Source of the DNA: Bdellovibrionota bacterium
Lineage (GTDB): Bacteria > Bdellovibrionota_C > UBA2361 > OMII01
Direction: 5' to 3'
Length of the DNA: 64,000 nt
NCBI GenBank assembly: GCA_044351885.1
Contig: JBILEW010000001.1
Location: 30,315 to 94,314, forward strand
This document shows, one piece after another, positions 9,849 through 21,093 of this stretch; within the stretch, counting starts at the first letter, position 1, and every line of letters starts with the position of its first letter. The translations under genes were made by a program, and so were the position numbers. The notes below the pieces were generated by a model that had not been told where the DNA came from, did not search any database, and was given only the letters and a program-made list of their open reading frames with translations.

Positions 9849-10742
9849 TCAGTCGGACAGCTCGAAGATGCGGTGGAACTGCTCTCGTAACCGTAGCGCC
9901 TTCTTGTGGTTATTTTCTAGCGTGACGTTCATGGTGCAGTATTTCGTGAGCGCTTGATAGTGCCTCGCTGCGCTATCGGCGGAGCCACTCTTGGCCGTCG
10001 CAAACAGCTCGTCGATCCTCTTGTTCGTGCGTGGATCCAGGGTGACTGTCAGAACAAAATCCCCGACCACATCCAGGTAACTTCGACGCCCCGCTGCAAA
10101 CGCGCCCGACGAGAAAGACACCGTGTGCTGAGTGCCCCTATAAAACTTACCGATAGCGGCTCTGTCCAAATAGGTCGTACCACCCACGGCGGTATAAAAC
10201 CGCCGGCGCGCAAAACCGAGGAGTCTGTGCAGACGCTCCTCCTTTTCCACCTCCAAAAGGAGAAACCACGGGTGAGGAACCCAGGAGAACATGTCACTGG
10301 ATCCACTCCGTTTGAGGAGCGCTAAGATTATCTGGTTCCATAGGTCGTTTCCCCGCAACAGGGAGTAAAAGACCCACGACTGCTTCCTACCCGGCTCGGG
10401 TAGGATCGTTTTGAGATAAGGTTCCGAAAAGTATACCGAATGGAGTCGCTCGCCGTAGGCTAAAACATCGAAGACCCATCCCAGACTGAGGCTGAAACGG
10501 GCTCCATCCTTGACCAAGACGCCGGCCTGCTGCAGCTTCGTGAGCTCTTTGTAGACGGCTGCAAGGCTGAACCGACGCCGATTCTTGCGAGCCGCAGCGT
10601 GAATCTCAGCAGCCGACATGCGCGGTGTTGCCCCAAGCAGGAGCACAATAGCGCTTTCCAACTTTGTGTCAGGACTTAGAAGCATGCCCCCTCCTCTCTC
10701 CGACAACCGAACTATGCAGTGCGTATCAGTCAATGCTAGCAC
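9849..10742 (-). CDS. Hypothetical protein, possible winged-helix transcriptional regulator
   Basis: N-terminal segment ...RMSAAEIHAAARKNRRRFSLAAVYKELTKLQQAGVLVKDG looks like a wHTH. No recognisable enzymatic motif. A palindromic operator-like site lies just upstream of its start. Confidence 0.5.
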   Translation of the reverse strand: MLALTDTHCIVRLSERGGGMLLSPDTKLESAIVLLLGATPRMSAAEIHAAARKNRRRFSLAAVYKELTKLQQAGVLVKDGARFSLSLGWVFDVLAYGERLHSVYFSEPYLKTILPEPGRKQSWVFYSLLRGNDLWNQIILALLKRSGSSDMFSWVPHPWFLLLEVEKEERLHRLLGFARRRFYTAVGGTTYLDRAAIGKFYRGTQHTVSFSSGAFAAGRRSYLDVVGDFVLTVTLDPRTNKRIDELFATAKSGSADSAARHYQALTKYCTMNVTLENNHKKALRLREQFHRIFELSD

Positions 10743-10749
10743 CCTATGG

Positions 10750-10768
10750 ATTCCACTAAAAGTAGAAT
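10750..10768. promoter_or_regulatory. 19-bp palindromic operator-like site ATTCCACTAAAAGTAGAAT
   Basis: Near-perfect inverted repeat in the divergent intergenic region between the putative regulator (9849..10742, minus) and the homospermidine-synthase-like gene. Nearly identical site at 22967..22985. Confidence 0.55.
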
Positions 10769-10856
10769 ATGTTACTTTTTTATCCAGAAACCTACCTAAC
10801 GTGACGATTGTCGCTACTATGTGGTCTAACGATCCCTAAGGACGGAGAGAAGTGAA

Positions 10857-12314
10857 ATGAAGACTCAATTTGGTGGACGGATATTAGTTCTCGGGTGCGG
10901 CTCTGTTTCGCAGTGCACTCTACCGCTCCTCGTGCGTCTCTTTGACATTGCACCTGCTCAGGTGACCGTTATGGAGATGCTCGACAATCGCCACCGAATA
11001 GAGTCGCTCATCAGAGATGGCGTCACGTACATCCAAGAGCGGATTACCCTCGACAACTACAAGGAGATATTCAGGCGCCACCTCAGCCCGGGAGATCTCC
11101 TGCTCGATCTCGCTTGGAACCTTGGCACAATCGACTTCCTCGATTGGTGCCATGAGAACAACGTGCTGTACGTCAACACCTCGGTAGAAGAGTGGGATCC
11201 TTACGCCGATTCCGGCCGTGACGATCCACGCAAGTACACCCTCTACAAGCGTCAAATGGACCTCAAGAGCCTCATTGCGCGCTGGGGGCACAATCAAGGC
11301 TCTTCGGCAATCGTAGACCACGGCGCCAATCCGGGCCTCGTGTCGCATTTCGTCAAACACGCCCTCATCGAAATCGGTTCACACCTCATTCGAAAAACCG
11401 AGACCAACACTCGTACCCGGGAGATCGAGAGGGCGATTCAGGAGAGCAACTTCAAGAGGCTCGCTCAACTCGCAGGGGTCAAAGTCGTCCACATCAGCGA
11501 GCGCGACTCTCAGATAGCTTCGCTTCCGAAAAAGATGAATGAGTTCGTCAACACGTGGAGCGTCGAAGGGCTTTACGAAGAAGGGGTCGCTCCGGCAGAG
11601 ATGGGATGGGGAACACACGAGCGAAAGCTTCCTCCAGGAGCTTTCGAGTTCGAGAGTGGTCCCCAGAACGCGATCTGCTTGTCCTCGATCGGTATGAACA
11701 CGTTCACCCGCTCCTGGGTTCCGAGCGGAGAGATCGTAGGAATGGTGATCAGGCACGGAGAAGCATTCGGCATCTCCGACAGACTCACCGTATGGGAGGG
11801 AGACAAGGCCACCTACCGACCAACAGTACACTATGTTTATTGCCCGTCAGACGCCACGATCGCCTCTCTGCACGAGCTCCGCATGCGACAGTACGACCTC
11901 CAGAAGGATCAGCGCATCCTCAATGACGAGATATTGGACGGCAAAGACGAGCTCGGGGTGCTTCTCATGGGGCACGATTTCAAATCATGGTGGACAGGGA
12001 GCATTCTAGACATTCACGAAGCTCGTCGCCTCGTTCCGTCGCAAAACGCCACGACGGTGCAGGTTGCTATCTCTGTGCTGGCCGCCGCCGACTGGATGAT
12101 TCGCAATCCTCGCAAAGGACTACGCCTCCCGGATGACGTAGACCACGAGGCTATCCTCGCGTATGCGAAGCCGTACCTGGGCGAATTTGTATCGGCACCT
12201 GTGGATTGGACACCCCTGGACAAGCTCGACAAGGTGTTCACCGGGTTTGGACGTACGAACCCCACAGAAGAAGACTGCTGGCAGTTCGAGACCTTCACTC
12301 ACGGAATTAAGTAG
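10857..12314 (+). CDS. Homospermidine synthase-like (saccharopine dehydrogenase family)
   Basis: N-terminus GRILVLGCGSVSQCTLPLLVRLF matches the GxGSxGxGTLPL nucleotide-binding start of bacterial homospermidine synthases; 485 aa is the typical size. Confidence 0.7.
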   Translation: MKTQFGGRILVLGCGSVSQCTLPLLVRLFDIAPAQVTVMEMLDNRHRIESLIRDGVTYIQERITLDNYKEIFRRHLSPGDLLLDLAWNLGTIDFLDWCHENNVLYVNTSVEEWDPYADSGRDDPRKYTLYKRQMDLKSLIARWGHNQGSSAIVDHGANPGLVSHFVKHALIEIGSHLIRKTETNTRTREIERAIQESNFKRLAQLAGVKVVHISERDSQIASLPKKMNEFVNTWSVEGLYEEGVAPAEMGWGTHERKLPPGAFEFESGPQNAICLSSIGMNTFTRSWVPSGEIVGMVIRHGEAFGISDRLTVWEGDKATYRPTVHYVYCPSDATIASLHELRMRQYDLQKDQRILNDEILDGKDELGVLLMGHDFKSWWTGSILDIHEARRLVPSQNATTVQVAISVLAAADWMIRNPRKGLRLPDDVDHEAILAYAKPYLGEFVSAPVDWTPLDKLDKVFTGFGRTNPTEEDCWQFETFTHGIK

Positions 12315-12318
12315 TCTT

Positions 12319-12504
12319 AACAGGCTGCGGAAACTTGCTCTTCTGCTGCGAAATCCGATCTTTCGGCGCTAGCCGAAGATAAGAGCGCAAAAAAATCCTC
12401 AATTTATCGCAGTGGATACACCTGCGGTTTTTTCGCGCTCTTATCTTCACCCATCACCGAAACCTCGAATTTCTCGCTACGAAGCCATTTTTCCGCAGCC
12501 TGTT
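12319..12504. repeat. 186-bp nested palindromic element (MITE-like) between the hss-like gene and dapF
   Basis: Outer arms AACAGGCTGCGGAAA (12319-12333) / TTTCCGCAGCCTGTT (12490-12504). Inner arms GAAGATAAGAGCGCAAAAAAA / TTTTTTCGCGCTCTTATCTTC. The halves are about 75% reverse-complementary throughout. The right arm lies inside the last ~17 codons of dapF. Confidence 0.7.
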
Positions 12505-13341
12505 AAAATCGAAGATCTCTTCGTACACCTGCCCGTCGGCTATGCGCGTGACGGGTCCGGTCATCCGAATGTCGTAGTTGGGAGAGATCTCGATCTTGAT
12601 AGAACCTCCTGGCATGTGAACGGTAACCATATCATCGACCAACCCCAAGCGGCGGGCAACCGCCGCTGCTGCGGAACTACTACTACCAGAAGCAAGCGTA
12701 TATCCTGCGCCCCTCTCCCATATCTCAATCCGGATAGATGAGCGGTCTAGCACCTCTAAAAACTGCACATTCGTGCGATTCGGAAAGTACGGATGACGCT
12801 CCAGAAGTGGCCCGTAGCGGTGAGCCTCTTCCGTCGAAACATCCCCGTCCAGGATTACACAGTGCGGGTTCCCGATAGAGGCCGCGCAGAAGGTAAAATC
12901 GCGATCGCCCACTTCGATGCTTTCCCTGATGACCTCTCGCACAGCGCCGACCACTGGGATTACGCTGCTCGAAAAACTCACTCGCCCCATGTCTACTGCG
13001 ACGCAGCGCCCCTCTTCCTCCACGTGACACGTGACCACTCCGCCGGCGGTCTTTACCGTAAACGGCTTGTCACCGACTGCTTTGATGTCCCACAGGTAGC
13101 GCGCGAATATCCTCAGTCCGTTACCGCTCTTTTCGGCCTCGGACCCGTCTGGATTATAGATCCGCAGATGAAAGCTCTGGGGATCGCTCGAGGGCTCACG
13201 TAGCAAGATGCCATCGGAACCAACGCCGAAATGACGGTGACATATTCGCTTGACCTGCTCTTCGGTGAGGGCGCAACCTAGCTCGTGCGCATCCATCACG
13301 AGATAGTCGTTCCCCAGGGCATGATATCTGCTGAATTTCAT
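12454..13341 (-). CDS. dapF: Diaminopimelate epimerase
   Basis: KFSRYHALGNDYLVMD; second active-site region GNPHCVI; C-terminal ~20 aa (EEIFDFNRLRKNGFVARNSRFR) look like read-through into the palindromic element. Confidence 0.85.
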   Translation of the reverse strand: MKFSRYHALGNDYLVMDAHELGCALTEEQVKRICHRHFGVGSDGILLREPSSDPQSFHLRIYNPDGSEAEKSGNGLRIFARYLWDIKAVGDKPFTVKTAGGVVTCHVEEEGRCVAVDMGRVSFSSSVIPVVGAVREVIRESIEVGDRDFTFCAASIGNPHCVILDGDVSTEEAHRYGPLLERHPYFPNRTNVQFLEVLDRSSIRIEIWERGAGYTLASGSSSSAAAAVARRLGLVDDMVTVHMPGGSIKIEISPNYDIRMTGPVTRIADGQVYEEIFDFNRLRKNGFVARNSRFR

Positions 13342-13499
13342 AACGAGCTTCCCTCATCACAGTCGTAGCCTGAACATCTCGTTTTCGGGTACACTAAAAG
13401 ACACGAGGCATTTCGACCGCTAGGCGTCCCTAGAGGGTACACAGTCGGAGCGAGCCCGTCTAGATTCGAGGAGATTCCTCATAAGAGTACCGGAAAGAG

Positions 13500-14696
13500 A
13501 TGGACCAGCGCCGAGCTCACCCTACATCTGCTCAATCGAACTATGAGTCTGCCGAGTGTGCGCACTTTACGAGCAGGAGGTGCGCATCGTGCACCTTACT
13601 GAGTCAGCCCCTCGGACAGCGAATCTCGATAAAGAGCACGCGCTTACTGGAGATCCTCTCCAACTCGAAAGTTACGCCTCTGAGTCTAGAAGAGATGATC
13701 ATACCGCAGAGGGTGTGGGGCTCTCGGCACAAGATCAAGATGAATGTAGCTGGGACGATTCAAGAGCCTGTCATTGGACTTGCCAGTGCAGAGGGACTCG
13801 CCGAGGACCTCAGTTCCTGTCCCTTGATGCCGAAGCAGGTACAGGAATTGATGGCGGGCCTCAAGTCGTCGATTCGTGACGCGCAGGTGCCTCCGTACGA
13901 CATACCCGCCAGGCGCGGCGAGCTCAAAGGCGTCATCGTCGTCATCAATCGAGACGTTTCGCAGGGGATCCTCCGATTCGTGCTGCGTAGCACGGAGGCG
14001 GTCCCGAGGATTCGCAAAATCCTTCCCTCTCTGCGTGAGCGATACCCTTGGCTCCGGGTGGTGAGCTGCAATATTCAACCTCTTCATGCAGCTATCCCAG
14101 AGGGGCCAGAGGAGCTCGTCCTGACCCCCGAAGACACGATCGAAGACCTCTCTTCGGGAATCCCCCTCACCTTCGCCCCGCAATCGTTCATGCAGGTGAC
14201 TCCTGAGATCGCGGAGGCTCTCTATCGACGTGCGGCGACCTACGTGCGAGAGCACCCTGTAGTTTCAGCACTCGATCTCTTCTGTGGGGTCGGTGGATTC
14301 TCTTTCGCGATTGCACCGTTCGTGCAGAGTTTGACAGGCGTGGAGCTATCTCCGAAGGCGATAGAAAGTGCCTCTCGCACAGCGCTCAGACTCGAACTAC
14401 CGCACCTGCACTTCGTTGCAAGCGATGTCGATGCATATCTCGCCAAAGAGCTCGGAAAGCAGCCACCGGAACTCGTCATAGCGAACCCACCTCGAAGAGG
14501 ACTATCGAGCTCTATAAAGAGATGGATTACCGGAGCAGCTCCTCGACACCTCATCTACTCGAGCTGTAGCCCCGAGACCTTTTGCCGAGATGCAACAGAG
14601 CTATCAGAGGGCTATATCCTCACGACCCTCGCCCCCTTCGACATGTTTCCCCTCACATCCCACATCGAGGTGCTAGGCTTCTTCATGAGAAGGTGA
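13500..14696 (+). CDS. rlmC: 23S rRNA (uracil-C5)-methyltransferase, RlmC/RumB-like
   Basis: N-terminal Cys cluster CAHFTSRRCASC. Blocks RRGELKGVIVV, LRFVLRS, NIQP, DLFCGVGGF, ANPPRRGL, IYSSCS and FDMFPLTSHIEVL align with E. coli RlmC. Confidence 0.85.
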   Translation: MDQRRAHPTSAQSNYESAECAHFTSRRCASCTLLSQPLGQRISIKSTRLLEILSNSKVTPLSLEEMIIPQRVWGSRHKIKMNVAGTIQEPVIGLASAEGLAEDLSSCPLMPKQVQELMAGLKSSIRDAQVPPYDIPARRGELKGVIVVINRDVSQGILRFVLRSTEAVPRIRKILPSLRERYPWLRVVSCNIQPLHAAIPEGPEELVLTPEDTIEDLSSGIPLTFAPQSFMQVTPEIAEALYRRAATYVREHPVVSALDLFCGVGGFSFAIAPFVQSLTGVELSPKAIESASRTALRLELPHLHFVASDVDAYLAKELGKQPPELVIANPPRRGLSSSIKRWITGAAPRHLIYSSCSPETFCRDATELSEGYILTTLAPFDMFPLTSHIEVLGFFMRR

Positions 14697-14710
14697 GTAC
14701 TGAGACCGGG

Positions 14711-16129
14711 CTATTCCCATTCTGTGTGGAACGAGCCTGCTTTGTCTATTCTCTCGTAGGTGTGAGCACCGAAGAAATCCCTCTGAGCTTGGGTCAGATT
14801 CTGAGGGAGACTCTCTGTGCGGAAGCTGTCGAAGTACGCAAGCGATGCGGCGAAACCAACGACGGGAACTCCCCTCTGCGCCGCCAAAGCAACTACCTTG
14901 CGCAAGTTCGGCACACATCGAGCAACCTCTTTCTTCATGTAGTCGTCAACCAAGAGGTTCGTCAGTTTGGACTGAGACGCGAAAGCCCGCCTGATCTCAT
15001 CGAGGAACCTGGCGCGAATGATACATCCACCCTTCCACATAGCTGCGATCTCGTGCAGCTTGAGGTCCCAGCTCCACTGACGCGATGCCGCGCTGATAAG
15101 CGCCATGCCTTGAGCGTATGACATGATCTTGGAGCAATACAGGGCGTCGTGGACCGCTTGAATGAGCTCCTGACGATCCCCGGTAAAGTCTTCCAACGCA
15201 GGGCCGGCGAAGACCTTAGCTGCCTGCACGCGCTCATCCTTCATACTGCTCAGAATTCGGGCATCAACTGCTGCCGAGATAGTCGGTATCGCCACCCCCA
15301 GATCGAGTGCGACCTGAGCTGTCCACGTTCCTGTCCCTTTCTGTCCCGCCTTGTCGAGAATTTTGTCGACGAGAAACCCGGAACCTTCCGAATCTTTCTT
15401 GGCAAACACCTTGGCCGTTATCTCGATCAAATACGACGACAAAACACCGCTGTTCCATGCGTTGAAGATCGAACCCAGCTCTTCGGGTTTGCACCCCACG
15501 ACGTTTCGAAGCACGTCGTAAGCCTCCGCTATGAGCTGCATATCGCCGTACTCGATGCCGTTATGAACCATCTTCACGAAGTGCCCAGCTCCGTTGGGCC
15601 CGACATAGTTCGTGCAAGCACCATCTGCCTGCGCCGCAATCTTTTCGAGGAGTGGCGCCACGATCTTCCACGCCTCCTTCGGACCTCCCGGCATGAGGCT
15701 TGGACCTTTGAGAGCGCCCTCCTCTCCTCCAGAGATACCGATACCAAGAAAGTTCAATCCGAGCGCGGTGAGGCGCTCCTCACGACGAATGGTGTCTTTG
15801 AAATATGCATTACCTCCGTCGATGATGATGTCACCCTTATCGAGGAGGGGTACGAGCTGATCGATAATCGCATCCACGGGCGGACCGGCTTTGATCATGA
15901 TGAAGATCTGCCGAGGGGCTTCCATACTTTTTACGAATTCCTCCATGGAATAGGAGGCAACGAACCCGGAGGGTTTGCCATCACGAGTTCCGAACTTACT
16001 CATGAACTCCTTAGTCACGTCCCCACTCCGGTTGTAGACGGCGACAGGGAACCCGCGACTCTCGATGTTGCGGGCGAGGTTGGACCCCATCACCGCCAAG
16101 CCAACCATTCCGACATGTGGTTTCGCCAT
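14711..16129 (-). CDS. gnd: 6-phosphogluconate dehydrogenase, decarboxylating
   Basis: VGMVGLAVMGSNLARN...; GGNAYFKD; the Gnd signature is conserved throughout the 472 aa. Confidence 0.95.
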   Translation of the reverse strand: MAKPHVGMVGLAVMGSNLARNIESRGFPVAVYNRSGDVTKEFMSKFGTRDGKPSGFVASYSMEEFVKSMEAPRQIFIMIKAGPPVDAIIDQLVPLLDKGDIIIDGGNAYFKDTIRREERLTALGLNFLGIGISGGEEGALKGPSLMPGGPKEAWKIVAPLLEKIAAQADGACTNYVGPNGAGHFVKMVHNGIEYGDMQLIAEAYDVLRNVVGCKPEELGSIFNAWNSGVLSSYLIEITAKVFAKKDSEGSGFLVDKILDKAGQKGTGTWTAQVALDLGVAIPTISAAVDARILSSMKDERVQAAKVFAGPALEDFTGDRQELIQAVHDALYCSKIMSYAQGMALISAASRQWSWDLKLHEIAAMWKGGCIIRARFLDEIRRAFASQSKLTNLLVDDYMKKEVARCVPNLRKVVALAAQRGVPVVGFAASLAYFDSFRTESLPQNLTQAQRDFFGAHTYERIDKAGSFHTEWE

Positions 16130-16174
16130 ATAAAGCTCCTTACCTCTATCGAGGAATCCTATATCCTACCCGAC

Positions 16175-16969
16175 CTAGGCACCGCTTATGCGGTCCCGCA
16201 GCGACGATACTTTAACATTCCCCTCACCAAAGTCCACTTGGTATAGGTCTCCTTCGACCAGTTCCACCATAGAGAGTTTATTGCCGTATACAAGGCCGGT
16301 ATCGATGCCGATCTTGAAGGGCAGGTGTACGACGATATCCTCGAAGGGCGTATGCCCGAAGACTATCGTTTTACCGAAATCGTGCTGCGATTCGACGAAA
16401 TCCGCCCGAATCCATACACAATCGTCCTCTATCTGTCTGTCGAGTGGCACCCCCGGGCGAACGCCCGCGTGGACGAACACAAACTCTGCCAGGCTTACAC
16501 CCACCTCAAGCTCCTGTAGGAATCGGAGGTGACTTTCAGGTAGGGAGGACTTGAAGTCTTCCCCTCCGATATCGTCGACGGGGTCCAATCCGTAACTAAG
16601 TAGAGTCTCACCCCCACCATTCGCCAAGTAGACGTCCCCACCGATGCCACCCAACCCCATGAAGCCGAGCAGCATACCCTCGTGGTTACCCTTGAGAAAC
16701 ACGGTCTCGGGCCAGCTCTTTTTGAGGTCTACGAGCAGATCTATCACCTGCTTCGAGCCCTTTCCTCTGTCAATGTAGTCACCGATAAATATTAATTGAT
16801 CGTCTGCACAGAACTTCAGATCCGAGATGAGGTACTGCACGAGCGTTGTCAGCTCGCCATAGCACCCATGAATATCGCCAACGGCAAATAAGCGCTTAGG
16901 GCGCCGAGATATCGCCCGTATGAGCGGCTGTTTCAGCGCCGCATCTTTCCGCCGCCACCTATTTTTCAT
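16175..16969 (-). CDS. Metallophosphoesterase, PPP-family Ser/Thr phosphatase / ApaH-like
   Basis: [10 protein letters not shown]...[13 protein letters not shown]...FLKGNHE...; 11-nt overlap with the lepA stop. Confidence 0.8.
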   Translation of the reverse strand: MKNRWRRKDAALKQPLIRAISRRPKRLFAVGDIHGCYGELTTLVQYLISDLKFCADDQLIFIGDYIDRGKGSKQVIDLLVDLKKSWPETVFLKGNHEGMLLGFMGLGGIGGDVYLANGGGETLLSYGLDPVDDIGGEDFKSSLPESHLRFLQELEVGVSLAEFVFVHAGVRPGVPLDRQIEDDCVWIRADFVESQHDFGKTIVFGHTPFEDIVVHLPFKIGIDTGLVYGNKLSMVELVEGDLYQVDFGEGNVKVSSLRDRISGA

Positions 16970-18785
16970 CCCCTAACTTGAGCACCGCGAGGAATGCTTC
17001 CTGAGGTATAGACACACTGCCTACCTGCTTCATCCGCTTCTTACCCTCTTTCTGCTTTTCGAGCAGCTTGCGCTTACGGGTGATATCTCCGCCGTAACAC
17101 TTGGCCGTCACGTTCTTACGCAGCGCTTTAACCGTGCTGCGGGCGATTATCTTCGCTCCGATAGCAGCCTGGATGGCGATCTCGAACATCTGACGATCAA
17201 TAACTTCCTTGAGCTTTTCCGTCAGGTCTCTACCTCGATTGAAGGCCTTACTGCGATGCACGATGATACTGAGAGCATCGACAGGATCACCGTTCAATTT
17301 AATGTCCAGTTTCACGAGATCCGATTCGGCGTACCCTGCCAACTCGTAGTCGAAGGAGGCATATCCCTTCGTCAGAGACTTCAGTCGATCATGGAAATCC
17401 AATACGATCTCGTTGAGCGGCAGCTCATACACGATCATGGCGCGCTCGGTACCGTGGAACGAGATGTTCTTCTGAATACCACGGCGCTCTTCGCACAACT
17501 TGAGCACATTACCGACGAACTCCTTGGGCGTGTGTATCGTCGCTGTTACGATCGGTTCTTCGATGTGACGAATGAGGGTCACCGGCGGCATCTTGTCCGG
17601 ATTGTGAATCTCGAGAGTCTCGCCACTCTCCAGTACAATTTTGTAAATTACCGACGGCGCGGTAGTGATTAAGTTCAACTGGAACTCTCGCTCCAACCGC
17701 TCTTGGACTATCTCCATGTGCAGAAGCCCAAGATAGCCGCACCGAAAGCCGAATCCGAGTGCGGCGGAGGTCTCTGCCTCGAACGTGAAGGCGCTGTCGT
17801 TGAGACTTAGCTTCTCGAGAGCATTCTTGAGGTTGACGAAGTCGTCGGCATCGACCGGGAAGAGCCCACCGAACACCATCGGTAAAACCTCTTTGAAACC
17901 TGGCAACGCCTCCTGCGCTTTATTTCGGGCGTGCGTGACGGTATCACCGATGCGGACGTCACGCAGATTCTTGATTGCAGCGGAGAAGAACCCCACCTCT
18001 CCACTTGCGAGCTGTGCGACTTCCCGCGAATGAGGAGTGAAAACGCCGAGCTTGTACACATCGTACTCGGCATCGGTCGTAAAGAAAGAGATCCTGTCCC
18101 CCGGCTTGAGCACGCCGTCGATGACACGCACCTGTACCACGACCCCCAGATACGGATCGAACCACGAATCGTACACGAGCGCCCGCAACGGGGACTCATC
18201 TTTGCCGCGCGTTGGTGGCGGAATACGTTCGACGATCGCCTCGAGGAGTTCGTCGACACCCAATCCGGTTTTGGCACTGACATGTAAGGCTTCGGAGGTG
18301 TCGAGGCCGATAACCGTCTCGACCTCCTCCTTAACTCTATCCGGATCAGCATTCGGAAGGTCGATCTTGTTGACTACCGGGATGATTTCGAGATTGTTCT
18401 CGATCGCAAGATACACGTTCGCAAGGGTCTGCGCCTCGACCCCCTGCGATGCATCGACGACGAGCAGAGCCCCTTCACACGCTGACAAGCTCTTCGAAAC
18501 CTCGTAGTTAAAATCTACGTGACCCGGAGTATCGATCAAGTTGAGCTGATACTCCTTCCCATCCTTGGCTCGATACGCCAGACGTACCGTTTGCGCCTTA
18601 ATCGTAATGCCCCGCTCACGCTCGAGATCGAGCTTATCGAGAAACTGCGCCTGCATCTCCCGTGCTTGTAGAGCACCCGTTTGCTCGAGAATACGATCAG
18701 CCAGAGTCGACTTACCGTGATCGATATGCGCGATGATACTGAAGTTTCTTATGTTACTTTTATCGGTCACTTTTACGACATCCAA
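16959..18785 (-). CDS. lepA: Elongation factor 4
   Basis: [23 protein letters not shown]...; 608 aa; LepA-specific C-terminal domain. Confidence 0.95.
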   Translation of the reverse strand: MDVVKVTDKSNIRNFSIIAHIDHGKSTLADRILEQTGALQAREMQAQFLDKLDLERERGITIKAQTVRLAYRAKDGKEYQLNLIDTPGHVDFNYEVSKSLSACEGALLVVDASQGVEAQTLANVYLAIENNLEIIPVVNKIDLPNADPDRVKEEVETVIGLDTSEALHVSAKTGLGVDELLEAIVERIPPPTRGKDESPLRALVYDSWFDPYLGVVVQVRVIDGVLKPGDRISFFTTDAEYDVYKLGVFTPHSREVAQLASGEVGFFSAAIKNLRDVRIGDTVTHARNKAQEALPGFKEVLPMVFGGLFPVDADDFVNLKNALEKLSLNDSAFTFEAETSAALGFGFRCGYLGLLHMEIVQERLEREFQLNLITTAPSVIYKIVLESGETLEIHNPDKMPPVTLIRHIEEPIVTATIHTPKEFVGNVLKLCEERRGIQKNISFHGTERAMIVYELPLNEIVLDFHDRLKSLTKGYASFDYELAGYAESDLVKLDIKLNGDPVDALSIIVHRSKAFNRGRDLTEKLKEVIDRQMFEIAIQAAIGAKIIARSTVKALRKNVTAKCYGGDITRKRKLLEKQKEGKKRMKQVGSVSIPQEAFLAVLKLGDEK

Positions 18786-18799
18786 CTACACGAAAGAAT

Positions 18800-19744
18800 T
18801 TAGGCACCCTCGCCCTGCCGTAGCCGTTGCTCGAAGTCGGCTATCGTACGCTCGAGGCCAGTGTCGAGATCCACTGTCGGAGCCCATCCGAGCTCCTTTT
18901 GCGCGAGCGATATATCGGGCTGCCGGCGCACCGGATCGTCGGTCGGCAGAGGCTTGTTGACGATCTTCGATTTGGAGCCAGTCATCGAAATAACCTTCTT
19001 TGCCAGAGCCAGGATCGTCATCTCGTTCGGATTCCCGAGATTGACAGGCCCAGAGAATCCCTCGCGATTCATCGTGGCCATGATCCCCTTAACCAGGTCA
19101 TCCACGAAGCAGAAGGAGCGAGTCTGCTGCCCCTCTCCGTACACGGTGATGTCCTCACCTTTGAGCGCCTGTACGATGAAATTCGAAACGACTCGACCGT
19201 CATCGAACAACATCCGCGGTCCGTAGGTGTTGAAAATGCGCACGATACGCGCATCCACATGCCCTTGATCGCGGTAGCCAACCGTCAAAGTTTCAGCGAC
19301 GCGCTTGCCTTCATCATAGCAGCTTCTGGGGCCGATGGGATTCACGTTACCCCAGTACGACTCCACCTGTGGATGTTGCAACGGATCTCCGTAGACCTCC
19401 GACGTGGAGGCCAACAGGAATCGAGCATGCACACGCTTGGCCACACCCAACATGTTGATAGTGCCGGTCACATTAGTCTTTATCGTCTTGATAGGATTGT
19501 ACTGGTAGTGCACTGGCGAAGCCGGACACGCCAAGTGGTACACCTCGTCGCACTCAACCAGTAAAGGCTCGGTCACATCGTGCCGGATGAACTCGAAGTT
19601 CGGATGGTGCATAAGGTTGCGCATATTGCGCTTGGTCCCCGTGAACAGGTTGTCCACTGCGATAACCTCATGGCCCTGTTTGATCAGCTCGTCACACAGA
19701 TGAGACCCGATGAATCCTGCGCCGCCTGTAACAACTATTCGCAT
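18800..19744 (-). CDS. UDP-glucuronate decarboxylase (UDP-xylose synthase)
   Basis: [20 protein letters not shown]...[12 protein letters not shown]...; YDEGKR catalytic motif; 314 aa. Confidence 0.9.
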   Translation of the reverse strand: MRIVVTGGAGFIGSHLCDELIKQGHEVIAVDNLFTGTKRNMRNLMHHPNFEFIRHDVTEPLLVECDEVYHLACPASPVHYQYNPIKTIKTNVTGTINMLGVAKRVHARFLLASTSEVYGDPLQHPQVESYWGNVNPIGPRSCYDEGKRVAETLTVGYRDQGHVDARIVRIFNTYGPRMLFDDGRVVSNFIVQALKGEDITVYGEGQQTRSFCFVDDLVKGIMATMNREGFSGPVNLGNPNEMTILALAKKVISMTGSKSKIVNKPLPTDDPVRRQPDISLAQKELGWAPTVDLDTGLERTIADFEQRLRQGEGA

Positions 19745-19767
19745 CGTCTTATTCTCCTTGCTTCATG

Positions 19768-21093
19768 CTACTTGGCCAGGACCGGCGTTCGCCCGATGCT
19801 GTAATAGGTGATCCCCTGAGACAGCATATCCGCAGGATTGAAGATATTACGGCCGTCGAAGATAACTGGCGCTGAAAGCTCTTGCTTGATGCGCTTGAAA
19901 TTAGGCTGACGGAAAGCGTTCCACTCCGTACAAACGATGAGCGCGTGAGCGCCTTTGAGCGCTTCGTAGTTGTTCTCCACGAAGGATATATCTTCACATT
20001 CTCCGAACTTCGCCTTGAATGTGTGATTCGCTTCCGGATCAAAGGCCCGGATCTTTGCCCCCAGAGTGATGAGCTCCTTGCAGATAACGAGCGCGGGAGC
20101 CTCCCGCACATCGTCGGTCTTGGGCTTGAAGGCAAGTCCCCACATTGCGAAGGTCATCCCCTTGATATTCGAGTGACCGTAGTGGTCGACTATCTTGCGA
20201 ACCATCGACATCTTTTGATTTTTGTTCACATCTTCGACCGCTTGCGCGATACGCAGTTCGACCTTGTGTTCCTTGCCCGTTCGAATGAGAGCTTGCACGT
20301 CCTTGGGGAAACACGATCCACCGTAGCCGATGCCCGGGAATATGAAGCTCATGCCGATACGGGAGTCCGTGCCGATACCGACTCGCACCTGGTTTATGTC
20401 GGCCCCTGCAGCTTCACACAGGTTTGCGATCTCGTTCATGAAAGAAACCCGTAAGGCGAGCATAGCGTTCGCTGCGTACTTAGTCATCTCTGCGGACCGA
20501 ATATCCATGACCAGGATCGGGTTGTTAGTGCGGACGAAGGGAGCATACAGCTCCTTCATGACCTTGGCCGCAGCTTCGCTCGCTACTCCTACAACGACTC
20601 GATCTGGCCGCATGAAATCGTCGATAGCGGCACCCTCTTTGAGAAACTCGGGATTGCTCACGACCTCGACCGGGAATTTTGCAACCTCCTCGATCGCCTT
20701 CCTGACACGATCGGCCGTTCCGACGGGAACGGTGGATTTGTCGACAACCACCTTGGGTCCGTTCATGCACTCTCCTATACCCCGTGCTACTGCCAAAACA
20801 TGGGTCAGATCGGCAGAGCCATCCTCGTCTTGTGGAGTGCCCACGGCTATGAAGATAACCTCACTTGCTTCGACGGCATCCTTGAGGGAGGTGGTGAATT
20901 GGAGTCGCCCCGCTTTGAAATTGCTCTTCACGAGATCCTCGAGACCGGGTTCGAAGATCGGCACGATCCCTTTACGCAGCCCTTCGACTTTCTTCACATC
21001 GACATCGACACAGACAACGTCGTTACCTGTTTCCGCGAAACAAGCTCCTGCCACAAGGCCGACATACCCAGTGCCTACAACCGCGATATTCAT
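19768..21093 (-). CDS. ugd: UDP-glucose 6-dehydrogenase
   Basis: MNIAVVGTGYVGLVAGACFAETGNDVVCVD; GGSCFPKD catalytic Cys; 441 aa. Confidence 0.9.
   Translation of the reverse strand: MNIAVVGTGYVGLVAGACFAETGNDVVCVDVDVKKVEGLRKGIVPIFEPGLEDLVKSNFKAGRLQFTTSLKDAVEASEVIFIAVGTPQDEDGSADLTHVLAVARGIGECMNGPKVVVDKSTVPVGTADRVRKAIEEVAKFPVEVVSNPEFLKEGAAIDDFMRPDRVVVGVASEAAAKVMKELYAPFVRTNNPILVMDIRSAEMTKYAANAMLALRVSFMNEIANLCEAAGADINQVRVGIGTDSRIGMSFIFPGIGYGGSCFPKDVQALIRTGKEHKVELRIAQAVEDVNKNQKMSMVRKIVDHYGHSNIKGMTFAMWGLAFKPKTDDVREAPALVICKELITLGAKIRAFDPEANHTFKAKFGECEDISFVENNYEALKGAHALIVCTEWNAFRQPNFKRIKQELSAPVIFDGRNIFNPADMLSQGITYYSIGRTPVLAK

Noticed and set aside
15149-16246. 365-aa plus-strand ORF
   Set aside because: Lies antisense to the unmistakable gnd gene. 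No motifs. Typical shadow ORF in GC-rich DNA.
17807-18352. 181-aa and other ORFs inside 16959..18785
   Set aside because: All overlap lepA on either strand. LepA identity is unambiguous.
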